Positions 53,988 through 63,210 of a DNA stretch of 64,000 nt are shown here, in pieces; position 1 is the stretch's first letter, and each line of letters opens with the position of its first letter. The notes beneath the pieces were generated by a model, which did not search any database, was not told the DNA's origin, and saw only the letters and a list, made by a program, of their open reading frames with translations. The stretch is from positions 1 to 64,000 of the forward strand of contig CAWAUM010000011.1 of assembly GCA_963785235.1 (NCBI GenBank), read 5' to 3'. The stretch comes from an uncultured delta proteobacterium (lineage in GTDB: Bacteria; Desulfobacterota; Desulfomonilia; UBA1062). The translations under genes were made by a program, and so were the position numbers.

Positions 53988-55309
53988 GTTCTCTTTCTCT
54001 CCTTAGATCTTGGATCTCTCATCCAGTCCCAACTCAACAGATGTTCATCCTCCACGGTAAGGGGATGACGCGATGCCCTCCGGTAGACAGCGCGATATGC
54101 CTTTGCAGTCCGTTCCCAGTCGAAATCCTTCAACCTTGTCGCCCCGTTATGTTGGAGCCTTTCACGAAGGTTCGAATCGGATGCCATTTGATGGAGGGCT
54201 TCAGAGATGTTGTCTGTCGAGAGGGGATCGAACAGCAGTGCGGCATTGCCTGCCTGTTCCGGCAGCGAGGTGATATTCGAGCAGGCAACCGGTGTCCCTT
54301 CCTGCCATGCCTCGAACACCGGTCCGCTCGCTGCTTCGAACAGGGTGGGAACCATGACGAATTGTGCTAGCCTGTAGAGTGCCCGCAAGTCCTCCGGCGG
54401 AACCTGGCCGAGAAATCGGACGGAGTCCTGTAGGCGAAGTTCGGTGATCCGTGATTCTATCTTTGGCCAGTACCCGGGATATTTCCCTCCGGTACAGACC
54501 AGGGATAGTTTACTGCCGTCCTTTACCCGCACCATTGCTAATGCCTCAAGGAGCCTGAGATGGTTCTTATGCTCCCAGGTCACGGCCGGATACAGGGCAA
54601 AGGGAAGATCCAGTGAATAGGTCTTTTTCACCCTGTCCAGTTGTTCTGGTGAGGGTTGCCTATAGGCCTGAGTCGGGGGGGCCCAGGGGATGATCTGAAC
54701 CTTGCCGGGAGAGACATGGTACTTGTCTATGACGTCCTGCTTGACCCAGTTTGACCCGACTGCAACGGTATGGGCGAAGCGGCATCCGGCAGGGTATATG
54801 ACCTCCCTGATTGCTATGGTCTGCGGGGTGAAAAACTTGGGAAAATGGAGATGCTGCAGGTCATGCGGGTTGAATATTGAAGGGATGGCACAGAGTACGA
54901 AATGCTGGAAAGGGAAGTGTATCACATGGCAATCAAGACTCTCATAGAAACCGTCCGAAACAGGGACTTCCGGCCACTGGCATACCGGGACCGGTGGTAT
55001 CAGAAGGCTGTGCATGTATCGGTAGAGAGGGCCTATCTTGCAGGAATTCAGTATTCTTAACAATGTATTCGTGCGACCTGACCCGGCATTCGCAACCTGT
55101 GGAGCGCATACCTTCCTGAAGTTCCTTCCCATATATGGTGTAAGCCAGTCAGGGTTATCAGGGTGTGTGATTACAAGGTATTCTGTAGATCCGTCATCCA
55201 GGTTGCTTAAGGCTTTGACCAACCCGATTAATACGCTTTCGACACCCCCGGAACCGGAATCCGGTATTACCTGGGCATATATTGCTACTTTTAACCTCTC
55301 GTTATTCAT
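53984..55309 (-). CDS. glycosyltransferase family 4 (mannosyltransferase-like)
   Basis: HDLQH, YPA.TW.HKNH and PTLFEA...PVFEA. Confidence 0.88.
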   Translation of the reverse strand: MNNERLKVAIYAQVIPDSGSGGVESVLIGLVKALSNLDDGSTEYLVITHPDNPDWLTPYMGRNFRKVCAPQVANAGSGRTNTLLRILNSCKIGPLYRYMHSLLIPPVPVCQWPEVPVSDGFYESLDCHVIHFPFQHFVLCAIPSIFNPHDLQHLHFPKFFTPQTIAIREVIYPAGCRFAHTVAVGSNWVKQDVIDKYHVSPGKVQIIPWAPPTQAYRQPSPEQLDRVKKTYSLDLPFALYPAVTWEHKNHLRLLEALAMVRVKDGSKLSLVCTGGKYPGYWPKIESRITELRLQDSVRFLGQVPPEDLRALYRLAQFVMVPTLFEAASGPVFEAWQEGTPVACSNITSLPEQAGNAALLFDPLSTDNISEALHQMASDSNLRERLQHNGATRLKDFDWERTAKAYRAVYRRASRHPLTVEDEHLLSWDWMRDPRSKERKRT

Positions 55310-55971
55310 TATCCCTTGACCCTCGCAGGAATACCGACGGCGGTAACATTGTCAGGAATATCCGTTGCCACAACCGCCCCTGCGCCGATTATGGAGTTTT
55401 TACCTATAGTGTGTCTCTCAATAGTAACTGCCCCAGCCCCGATATATGAACCTGGATTTATTGAAGTATGACCTGAGATGCGGCATCCCGGGGAAACGGT
55501 GACAAAGTCGTGCAGGATTGAATCATGACCTATTGTACAGTGCCAGTTTACAACAACATGAGATCCAATAGAGACATCAACGCTCAGAAGGCTGCCTGCA
55601 CAAATTATCGATCCGGGACCTATCGTTATTGTCTTATGGTCATACCTGACTGAAGGATGGATCAATGTTGCAAACACACAACCGAGTTTCTCTGCCTGCT
55701 TGACCGCTCTTTGCCGGACTGCCGGATTGCTGATGGCTACTATGGCTGATAAATCAGGTAGAAATTTCTTTATTTTATTTGTATTCAGAAGAGGTATTCC
55801 GTTGATGGTTGCACTGCTGGATGATTCTCTCTCATCACCTTCCCAGAATCCTATGATGTTCCAGACAGGTTCTTTCACTTGATTAATATCGGAAACAAGC
55901 CATGCAACTTCCCTCGCAAATCCTGCCCCGCCTAATATAAGAAGATTTTTAAGGGAACTATTTCTCGGCAT
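55309..55971 (-). CDS. hexapeptide-repeat sugar acetyltransferase (PglD/NeuD/PerB family)
   Basis: GAGFARE, LIHP, TIGHD, IGAGAVV and GIPAR. Confidence 0.88.
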   Translation of the reverse strand: MPRNSSLKNLLILGGAGFAREVAWLVSDINQVKEPVWNIIGFWEGDERESSSSATINGIPLLNTNKIKKFLPDLSAIVAISNPAVRQRAVKQAEKLGCVFATLIHPSVRYDHKTITIGPGSIICAGSLLSVDVSIGSHVVVNWHCTIGHDSILHDFVTVSPGCRISGHTSINPGSYIGAGAVTIERHTIGKNSIIGAGAVVATDIPDNVTAVGIPARVKG

Positions 55972-55994
55972 GTAACATTACCCCTTGGATGCTT

Positions 55995-56882
55995 TCATTG
56001 GCCATCCTGCATAGGCTTTTTTATGGTTATTCCGAGCACCGCCATCCCCCGGATGTCATCGATTGAATCATAATATCTCATACATTTTGACATATAGTAA
56101 GGATCCTTTACCGTCTCCCAGAGGCCCCGGGTAATCCATCGCTTCTCATACTCCTCGAAAAATCCCTCTTCGAGCTCTCCGAATATCTCCGTGTCTACAA
56201 CCTCATACCCGGGCACCTTGGAAAGGAGTCGTTTGTCGATGGTCGTCTGATCATAGTAGCGCTGGAAGAAGAATTTCCCGTTTTTCTTCTCGACATTCAG
56301 ACCATATACATTGTCATCCCTGAATTCCTCTGTGTACGCCCTTTTTATAGGGAAGGTCAGAACCAGTTTCCCTCCGGGCTTAAGTGCTCTCCACATCTCC
56401 GCCATGGCGGCACTGTCGCCTGAGCCGTTTATATGCTCAATAACGCTTATAGATATAATATCATCGACAGAGTTATCCCTGAAAGGCAGATTTGTGGCAT
56501 CGGCAATGTTTTCAGAGTATTTTGATCCTAGATCAATATATTTTTTCATGTGTTCGGTTTGATCGATCTCTCTTTTGTCAGGATTTAAGTAGGTATATTT
56601 TAGGTTATATCGATGAGCTATATAAAAACCAAATAAATATGGCGAAGATATATCTATTATCTGTTTTGCATCAATATGATGGCCAAGATTCCTTTTACAA
56701 TAATCAAACTCAAAATACCTGACACAGGAGACAGGGTTCAGAATCAAAGGTAATGCTATGATTTTATCTAACAATAATCTTAAGCCCAAGAGCCTTCCAA
56801 AAGAATCAAATTCTCGGCCCAATAAGTTTCGGGGAGTTGCAAGATAATAATATAATGTTTTTAAAATTAGGAAGAATCGCAT
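55995..56882 (-). CDS. SAM-dependent methyltransferase
   Basis: DISSP, DATNLPF, SISVIEH and LKPGG motifs; AT-rich. Confidence 0.8.
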   Translation of the reverse strand: MRFFLILKTLYYYLATPRNLLGREFDSFGRLLGLRLLLDKIIALPLILNPVSCVRYFEFDYCKRNLGHHIDAKQIIDISSPYLFGFYIAHRYNLKYTYLNPDKREIDQTEHMKKYIDLGSKYSENIADATNLPFRDNSVDDIISISVIEHINGSGDSAAMAEMWRALKPGGKLVLTFPIKRAYTEEFRDDNVYGLNVEKKNGKFFFQRYYDQTTIDKRLLSKVPGYEVVDTEIFGELEEGFFEEYEKRWITRGLWETVKDPYYMSKCMRYYDSIDDIRGMAVLGITIKKPMQDGQ

Positions 56883-56896
56883 TTATACGGAGACTG

Positions 56897-58228
56897 TCAT
56901 TTTGTGCAGAATAAAAGTTTTCTTGGAGAAGGGGATGACTCTGAGATTTCTATCTGGTGATAGTATTTTTTTAGAGCTTTTATGAAATTTTCAATAGTAT
57001 ACCATGCATGCTGATCGCCTATCCAGTTGCTTACATGGATATCATCTGCAGGCACAAATTCTACGATGAGCCATTTTCCCGTGAATTCAGATAACTGTTT
57101 GGCAATGGCCTCAAATGATAAGTTTCTCTTAAATACAAGATGATGCGTTACAGCCAGTGCGAGTACCATTTCTGCCCGGAGCCTCATGATTGCACCCTGG
57201 TACGAGTTTGCTAATCCATGCGCAGGGGTGGGTCTGCAGAAATCCATGATAAGCGGGAGTATGCTGCAGTTCGTCTGCTTGGTATAATCATAAAGAGAGT
57301 TTATGCTTGATTCATCGATGTCTACAGCTATTACATCGATACCCTGCTGAATGGCGAGTTTTGAATACCAGCCCCTGTTGCATCCTATATCGAGTAATGT
57401 CCCGGGGTTTGTTTTTTGCAGCAGGGTATAGATAGTATTTATTCTGGCCGGCCATTCATTGCATGGGCTTAAGGGATATTTGTCGGGCCCTTCATAATCC
57501 GTCCACTCAGTTTTTTTTGTCCCGATTGTTATTGATTGAACCATTTTATCTAGCTCATAAAAGAATTCTTGGTCTAAGATGTTGGTTTTTATTCTTGCCT
57601 TTCTATCTGAAAGAATAAAGTGCAGTTCATGAATTAATGGTATCCGCATGAACAGTAATCGTATGATATCGGCATACAAAGGCGGATTTATTGTTTCAGA
57701 CAGCAGCGTATGTGCAAGGTCATTTCTGCCCGCAGACATCAAGTATAACGGGCATAAAAACCATGCCCTGAACTCTGTATATGGCCAGTTGGTGCTGCCG
57801 GTTGCCGGCACAATGGAGCCCCAGTCGACAAAGAAGGGCCGGCCAGCATGAAAAAGAACGTTCCAGGGATGGGCATCTTTAATCGTCAAACCCATTCCAA
57901 GCAATTTTCTGCTGAGATTGCAGATCATCATGGCTGCATCCTTGAGCATCTCAGAGCTCCACTCCATGCAGTAAGAGACATGGGGAATTCGTTTGTGTCT
58001 CATCACTAATGGGTAGTCATCAAGAGTATGTTCTGTCACCTCAGCCGGAACCAAACCAGCTTCAAATAAGCAATCAAGTTGTTCGCTGCTCAATAGATCG
58101 CGGTAAAATTTATCTTTACCTGCTCTTATGGCTCTAAATACTTCTCCCTTCCACCAGAATACCTTCCCGGCTCCATCCACCATGGATGCAGGTTCGAAAA
58201 TTATTTCATCTGTCGGAACACGACTCAT
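56897..58228 (-). CDS. kinase-like + methyltransferase two-domain protein (NoeA-like)
   Basis: N-terminal KDAHPWNV...FVDWGS and C-terminal LLDIGCNRG...ALAVTHHL..VEFV. Confidence 0.75.
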   Translation of the reverse strand: MSRVPTDEIIFEPASMVDGAGKVFWWKGEVFRAIRAGKDKFYRDLLSSEQLDCLFEAGLVPAEVTEHTLDDYPLVMRHKRIPHVSYCMEWSSEMLKDAAMMICNLSRKLLGMGLTIKDAHPWNVLFHAGRPFFVDWGSIVPATGSTNWPYTEFRAWFLCPLYLMSAGRNDLAHTLLSETINPPLYADIIRLLFMRIPLIHELHFILSDRKARIKTNILDQEFFYELDKMVQSITIGTKKTEWTDYEGPDKYPLSPCNEWPARINTIYTLLQKTNPGTLLDIGCNRGWYSKLAIQQGIDVIAVDIDESSINSLYDYTKQTNCSILPLIMDFCRPTPAHGLANSYQGAIMRLRAEMVLALAVTHHLVFKRNLSFEAIAKQLSEFTGKWLIVEFVPADDIHVSNWIGDQHAWYTIENFIKALKKYYHQIEISESSPSPRKLLFCTK

Positions 58229-59493
58229 TTCAGTTCTTCCCATTTTTGTTGCAGGAGACATAAGGCTGTCTGTCTGGTGGTGCTCCTTCCTGTGCCGTAA
58301 AAATCGGCAGGTTCGATATCAAGGGTGGTTATGTAGGGGATATGGTCAACAAGGTCTTCGTTCACCAATATGGCTACATTGACGATGCATGGACCCGGAG
58401 AGAGATTGACGGGCCCGGTTATACAGGAAACATAGCCATCTGGCTTGAGATCCTTTGGTATTCCTCCTGTTGTGCGGGAGTCCAGGAAAAAAATCGGCCT
58501 GTTCAATTGATCATAGATGCCGACGAGGAAATTTACTCCTGATGGGGGATACTGGGAAGCATATCCTATCTTTATCTGCATTGAATCACCGGACTGTATC
58601 GAGGGGCTGCCTTTTGAGCTTGTTATTGAAAAGGATGTTACACGGACACGCCCGTCTCCTTTTCGATCGGTCCTCTTGTCCAGGGGGACTCTTGTTTTTA
58701 CCGTGGTATCCTGCATGTATTGATTCACGACATCCTCCGTGGCTCCGCCGGTGATGAGCGTACCGTGATCGAATAAAAACGACCTCGTGCACAGAGAAAT
58801 AACTGCCGCCAGATTATGGCTGACGAACAGGATGGTCCTTCCTTCCTTTGCCACGTCACCCATCTTTCCCAGACATTTCTTCTGGAATGAGGCATCGCCG
58901 ACCGCCAGCACCTCATCGACAAGCAGGATTTCCGGCTCAAGATGTGCCGCCACGGCAAAGGCCAGACGCACATACATGCCGCTGGAATAGCGTTTCACCG
59001 GGGTGTCGAGGAATTTTTCGATCTCGCTGAAGGCGATGATCTCGTCAAATTTTTTATCGATCTCATGTTTGCGCATGCCCAGGATCGTACCGTTGAGGTA
59101 GATGTTCTCCCGGCCGGTCAGCTCAGGGTGGAACCCTGTACCGACTTCCAGAAGGCTTGATATCCGGCCGTTCAGTCTGATGTCTCCTGATGTGGGACTT
59201 GTAATCCTGCTCAGGATTTTTAGAAGGGTGCTCTTCCCGGCCCCGTTCCTGCCGATAATTCCCACGACTTCCCCGGGGAGGATGGAGAAGGTGACGTCTT
59301 TCAATGCCCAGATGATATCTGATTTTGATTGATCTTCCTCGACCCTGGTCATTCTTCTGAGTCTCATTAAATTGCGGACAGGTGCAAGGAATGCATCGGT
59401 AAGGGCCTCCCGGAAGGTTTTGTTGATCCGCTCCTGTGAACCTATATGATATTGTTTTGATATATTTCGGACTTCAATGATCGGTTCAGGCAC
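58225..59493 (-). CDS. wzt: polysaccharide ABC exporter ATPase with C-terminal extension
   Basis: GRNGAGKST, YSSGMYVRLAF and DEVLAVGD, plus a ~150-aa beta-rich C-terminal domain. Confidence 0.92.
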   Translation of the reverse strand: MPEPIIEVRNISKQYHIGSQERINKTFREALTDAFLAPVRNLMRLRRMTRVEEDQSKSDIIWALKDVTFSILPGEVVGIIGRNGAGKSTLLKILSRITSPTSGDIRLNGRISSLLEVGTGFHPELTGRENIYLNGTILGMRKHEIDKKFDEIIAFSEIEKFLDTPVKRYSSGMYVRLAFAVAAHLEPEILLVDEVLAVGDASFQKKCLGKMGDVAKEGRTILFVSHNLAAVISLCTRSFLFDHGTLITGGATEDVVNQYMQDTTVKTRVPLDKRTDRKGDGRVRVTSFSITSSKGSPSIQSGDSMQIKIGYASQYPPSGVNFLVGIYDQLNRPIFFLDSRTTGGIPKDLKPDGYVSCITGPVNLSPGPCIVNVAILVNEDLVDHIPYITTLDIEPADFYGTGRSTTRQTALCLLQQKWEELK

Positions 59494-59506
59494 GGCCGTT
59501 CCTTAT

Positions 59507-60346
59507 CTAGAGCACATCTGCAAAGTACCGCTCAACCTGTTTGAAGTACACGAGGCCCACCAGAAAAAGGGTAAGGCTCACCAGGGACGAGACCAGGACT
59601 GTGGGGGTCGGAAAGGTATCGGTTCTCAGGAGGGCTGACCGGAACCCCTCAATGATACCGACCATGGGGTTCAAGGCGTAATAGATACGATATCTCTCGG
59701 GTATCAGGGAGGAGGGATAAACGATGGGAGAGGCAAACATCCACAGCTGCACGAGGAAAGGTATGGTGTATTGGATGTCCCGGTACTTTGCATTCAGGGC
59801 AGCCAGGATCATGCCGACGCCACTGGCGGTAAGGATCAGGAGAAGAACCAGGAAGGGGAGGAAAACGATGGATGAAGAGGGATAGATATGAAAATAAAAC
59901 ATCATGAGGATCAACACGATAAACGCAATACAGAAATCCATCAGCCCTGAAAGCACGGGGGTAAGAGGTATGATGATCCGGGGAAAATAAATCTTGGAGA
60001 TGAGATTGCCCTCCCCGACAATGCTGTTCCCTGATTGGCTCAGCGCTTGGGAAAAATATGCCCAGACAACCATTGCCGAGAAGTTGAAGATGGGGTACGG
60101 GATGCCGTCGGATGGGATCTTTGCGAGTTTCCCGAAAAAGAGTGTGAATACCACCATCATGAAGAAGGGTTGGATAACAGCCCAAAGCCCCCCGAGAACC
60201 GTCTGTTTATATTTAACCTTAATATTCCTTTTGATCATGAAGAAGAGCAGGTCCCTGTAATGAATGATCTCTCCCAGGTCGACGTACTGGAAACCCTTCT
60301 GGGGTTTGATATGGATGTGGGGTTTCCGTGAGGGGAAGGTATTCAT
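59507..60346 (-). CDS. wzm: polysaccharide ABC exporter permease
   Basis: KYKQTVLG..WA.IQP, KIYFPR, YRD, SPIVYP and NPM. Confidence 0.92.
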   Translation of the reverse strand: MNTFPSRKPHIHIKPQKGFQYVDLGEIIHYRDLLFFMIKRNIKVKYKQTVLGGLWAVIQPFFMMVVFTLFFGKLAKIPSDGIPYPIFNFSAMVVWAYFSQALSQSGNSIVGEGNLISKIYFPRIIIPLTPVLSGLMDFCIAFIVLILMMFYFHIYPSSSIVFLPFLVLLLILTASGVGMILAALNAKYRDIQYTIPFLVQLWMFASPIVYPSSLIPERYRIYYALNPMVGIIEGFRSALLRTDTFPTPTVLVSSLVSLTLFLVGLVYFKQVERYFADVL

Positions 60347-60471
60347 GCGTATTATCTCGATACAGCTCCGCCTACCCGGGTGTCAGCGGGGATGGCAGAG
60401 AATAATCCAGTTCATGCAGTGACCTGTGGCAGTTTATTATCTGCATGTATTGGATGACATACATAGCATCT

Positions 60472-61602
60472 TCATCCATTCTTTTCCATGATGAGCTGAT
60501 GGTAACTGCTAATAAATCCCCTGGCAATAGAGCTCCAGGAGATAGAACTTCTCATTACCTGACTTTTCTCTTCAAGTACAGAGATGGGAATAGCCCCTGA
60601 GAGCGCTTTGATGATCTTACCGGCGAGGTCTTCGGCATCTCTGGGTCTGAACAGGTATCCGTCTTTGCCGTCACTCACCAGGGACCTGTTTGCATCGATA
60701 TCGGTCACGACGGGTGTCAGTCGTGCGGCGATGGCCTCCAGGAGCGCGGGGGATGTGCCGTCGGCAATGGCCGGGGAGACATAGACGGATGCCTGTTCCA
60801 TCAATGCGGGTATCTGATCCGAAGGGATGAGGCCAAGGAACCGGATATGCTCTGTCGCGCCGATCTCCTGCGTGAGTTTCTTCAGGCGGGCCTCTTGTGA
60901 ACCCGTGCCTGCGATGACAATTTTCGCATCCGGAATAGTTTCAATAATAAAGGGAACGCTCCGGATCAATGTTTCGGTATCGTAGACAGGTTCAAGGCTC
61001 CGGGTATAGATGACGGTTTTTGTTTGTCTCCCCGGGTGAATCCTGAAGAACACCTCATCGACACCCATGGGTATCACCTCGGTATTCCGGAGCGATTCCC
61101 TTTCCTTCATGCTTGGGGAGACCACGACCGTCTTGTGTGAGAGTCTCACCGCCAGATCAAAGAGGGCCCGTATCGGCTGTTGTTCGCTGATGCGCATGTC
61201 CAGGCCATGTGCCGTATTGAGGACCGGCACCCGGAGAATGCGGCCGGCAACAGCAGCTATCAGGCCTGTGGGCACTATCCAGTTGCCGTGTATCACATCG
61301 GGTTTATGTGTTGAGATGAGGTGAGTGCCTTTATACAGCCCGGATACCATGAAGACGGCCATTGGGATAACCGGGATCGAATCCATCTGGTTCAGCTGTT
61401 TTTCACTGCTCGGGAACCAGAAGCGATAGATCTTAATTCCGCTGTCCTCTTCGAAACAGGGGCTCTGCTTCAGGATCTTCGGGGTGAGGACCAGGACATC
61501 CAGCCCGCTCTTTATCAGTTCAAGGCAGAGCTTTCTGATGAAGATGCCCCGCTGTGAGCCTGGATAATCGGGATAGGATGTGGTCACCAGAAGTACTTTC
61601 AT
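60472..61602 (-). CDS. glycosyltransferase family 4
   Basis: TTSYP, HG.W.VP.G, TAHG.D and ALLEAIA. Confidence 0.88.
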   Translation of the reverse strand: MKVLLVTTSYPDYPGSQRGIFIRKLCLELIKSGLDVLVLTPKILKQSPCFEEDSGIKIYRFWFPSSEKQLNQMDSIPVIPMAVFMVSGLYKGTHLISTHKPDVIHGNWIVPTGLIAAVAGRILRVPVLNTAHGLDMRISEQQPIRALFDLAVRLSHKTVVVSPSMKERESLRNTEVIPMGVDEVFFRIHPGRQTKTVIYTRSLEPVYDTETLIRSVPFIIETIPDAKIVIAGTGSQEARLKKLTQEIGATEHIRFLGLIPSDQIPALMEQASVYVSPAIADGTSPALLEAIAARLTPVVTDIDANRSLVSDGKDGYLFRPRDAEDLAGKIIKALSGAIPISVLEEKSQVMRSSISWSSIARGFISSYHQLIMEKNG

Positions 61603-61771
61603 TGGGATTGTCCTATACCATTTCGTCATGTAAGCACAAGGGGATAGCTTAAGATCTCCTCAGCAGAAACGCCTGCGCAATTCTGCACTGCCCCTCAGTT
61701 CGATTTCATGCAGGAGGGGATTATGGATAGGTACTCTCTAGTAATGCTGTATGACAAACATACTTAACATA

Positions 61772-61801
61772 TTGACAACAGCTTGCAGCTGGTGAGATAA
61801 T
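61772..61801 (+). promoter_or_regulatory. putative sigma70 promoter upstream of the CoA-transferase
   Basis: TTGACA-18 nt-GATAAT with a TG extension. Confidence 0.4.
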
Positions 61802-61988
61802 ACCTTAAGATATGTTCCGTTGATCAGCAGTGTAATGCAATAACATCCATGAATATAATTGTTACTTTTCCCATCGGCCGCGTGCTTCTTTTTTTATTGA
61901 TCATCCATCATGGAATCGTGGCTTTGCCTGGGGATCGTATTAAAAGAGGTCAGGTACACTACGATAAAGGCAGGTCTGAAGACAAGAA

Positions 61989-63185
61989 ATGGAATCCCTA
62001 CTCTCCGGCATCAAGATCCTCGACTTCACCTATCTCCTCCCCGGGCCCTTTGCCACCATGATCCTGTCGGATCTGGGGGCCGAGGTGCTGCGTGTGGAGT
62101 CCCACACCCGTATCGACATGGCCCGTCTCGCCCCGCCCTACGTGGACAAGGCAGGCACGGTGTCGTGCATGCACGCCTACCTCAACCGGAACAAGAGGTC
62201 CATTGCGCTCGACCTCAAGTATGACGAGAGCATCGCCATCATCAAGCGGCTGATTTCGGAAAAGGGCTATGACGTGGTGATCGAGCAGTTCCGCCCCGGG
62301 GCCATGGGGCGTCTCGGGCTCTCTTATGAGACACTGTCGGAAATCAAGCCGGGCCTCATCTACTGCTCCATCACGGGCTACGGCCAGACCGGGCCTCTTC
62401 GCGACAGGGCCGGCCACGACATCAACTATCTCTCCCTGGCCGGTGTCATGAGCTATTCCGGGTCCAAGGGTGGCGGGCCGTGTCTCATGGGCATCCAGAT
62501 GGCCGATGTGGGATCGGGGTCGAACAATGCCGCCATCGGGCTGATGGCTGCCATCATTCACCGGATGAAGACCGGCAAGGGCCAGTACATCGATGTCTCC
62601 ATGACCGACGGTGTGTTTCCCTACCACGTGGTGAGCGGTCTGGGCTGCCTTGTGGGCGGCCCTGAACCGGGATATGAGACCGAGATCCTGAATGGCGGCT
62701 CGCTGTATGGCTTTTATAAAACATCTGATAATAAATACCTCTCCTATGGCGGCCTCGAGCCGCAGTTCTTAAGCGCGTTCCTCACTGCCCTGGGTCTTTC
62801 CTCCTATATCCCCAGGCTCATGGAGCAAGGTATCGGGGATGAGGTGAAGCAGCGGGTGACTGAAGTCATCGGCTCCCGCGAACTCTCCCACTGGGAAGAC
62901 GTATTCAGGGACGTCGATGCCTGCGTGGACCCGGTGCTCTCGGTGAAAGAGGCCGCCATGAGCTCTCATGCCAGGGCCAGGGGGATCATCGTGGATGTTC
63001 CCGGGCCCGATGGAATCCCTATCCCTCAGATTGCATACCCAGTACGGTTTTCAGATTATAAACCTGAATACCACCGGGCAGGTCCGTCGCTCGGCCAGGA
63101 TACCGGTGATGTTTTGAATGACCTCGGGCTTTCCGGGGCTGATATAGCGGATTTGAAATCTAAGGGAATCATTTCAGGGGTGTAA
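61989..63185 (+). CDS. CaiB/BaiF family III CoA-transferase / acyl-CoA racemase
   Basis: LLPGPFAT..L.DLGAEV, NRNKRSIALDLK, FRPG, GYGQTGP..RAGHDINY and DVSMTD. Confidence 0.92.
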   Translation: MESLLSGIKILDFTYLLPGPFATMILSDLGAEVLRVESHTRIDMARLAPPYVDKAGTVSCMHAYLNRNKRSIALDLKYDESIAIIKRLISEKGYDVVIEQFRPGAMGRLGLSYETLSEIKPGLIYCSITGYGQTGPLRDRAGHDINYLSLAGVMSYSGSKGGGPCLMGIQMADVGSGSNNAAIGLMAAIIHRMKTGKGQYIDVSMTDGVFPYHVVSGLGCLVGGPEPGYETEILNGGSLYGFYKTSDNKYLSYGGLEPQFLSAFLTALGLSSYIPRLMEQGIGDEVKQRVTEVIGSRELSHWEDVFRDVDACVDPVLSVKEAAMSSHARARGIIVDVPGPDGIPIPQIAYPVRFSDYKPEYHRAGPSLGQDTGDVLNDLGLSGADIADLKSKGIISGV

Positions 63186-63210
63186 ATGAACATGAAAGGG
63201 GGATTCAGTT

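Noticed and set aside
60347-60471. JUMPstart/ops element upstream of wzm
   Set aside because: GGCGGAGC is only a partial match to GGCGGTAG and the rest of the JUMPstart is absent.
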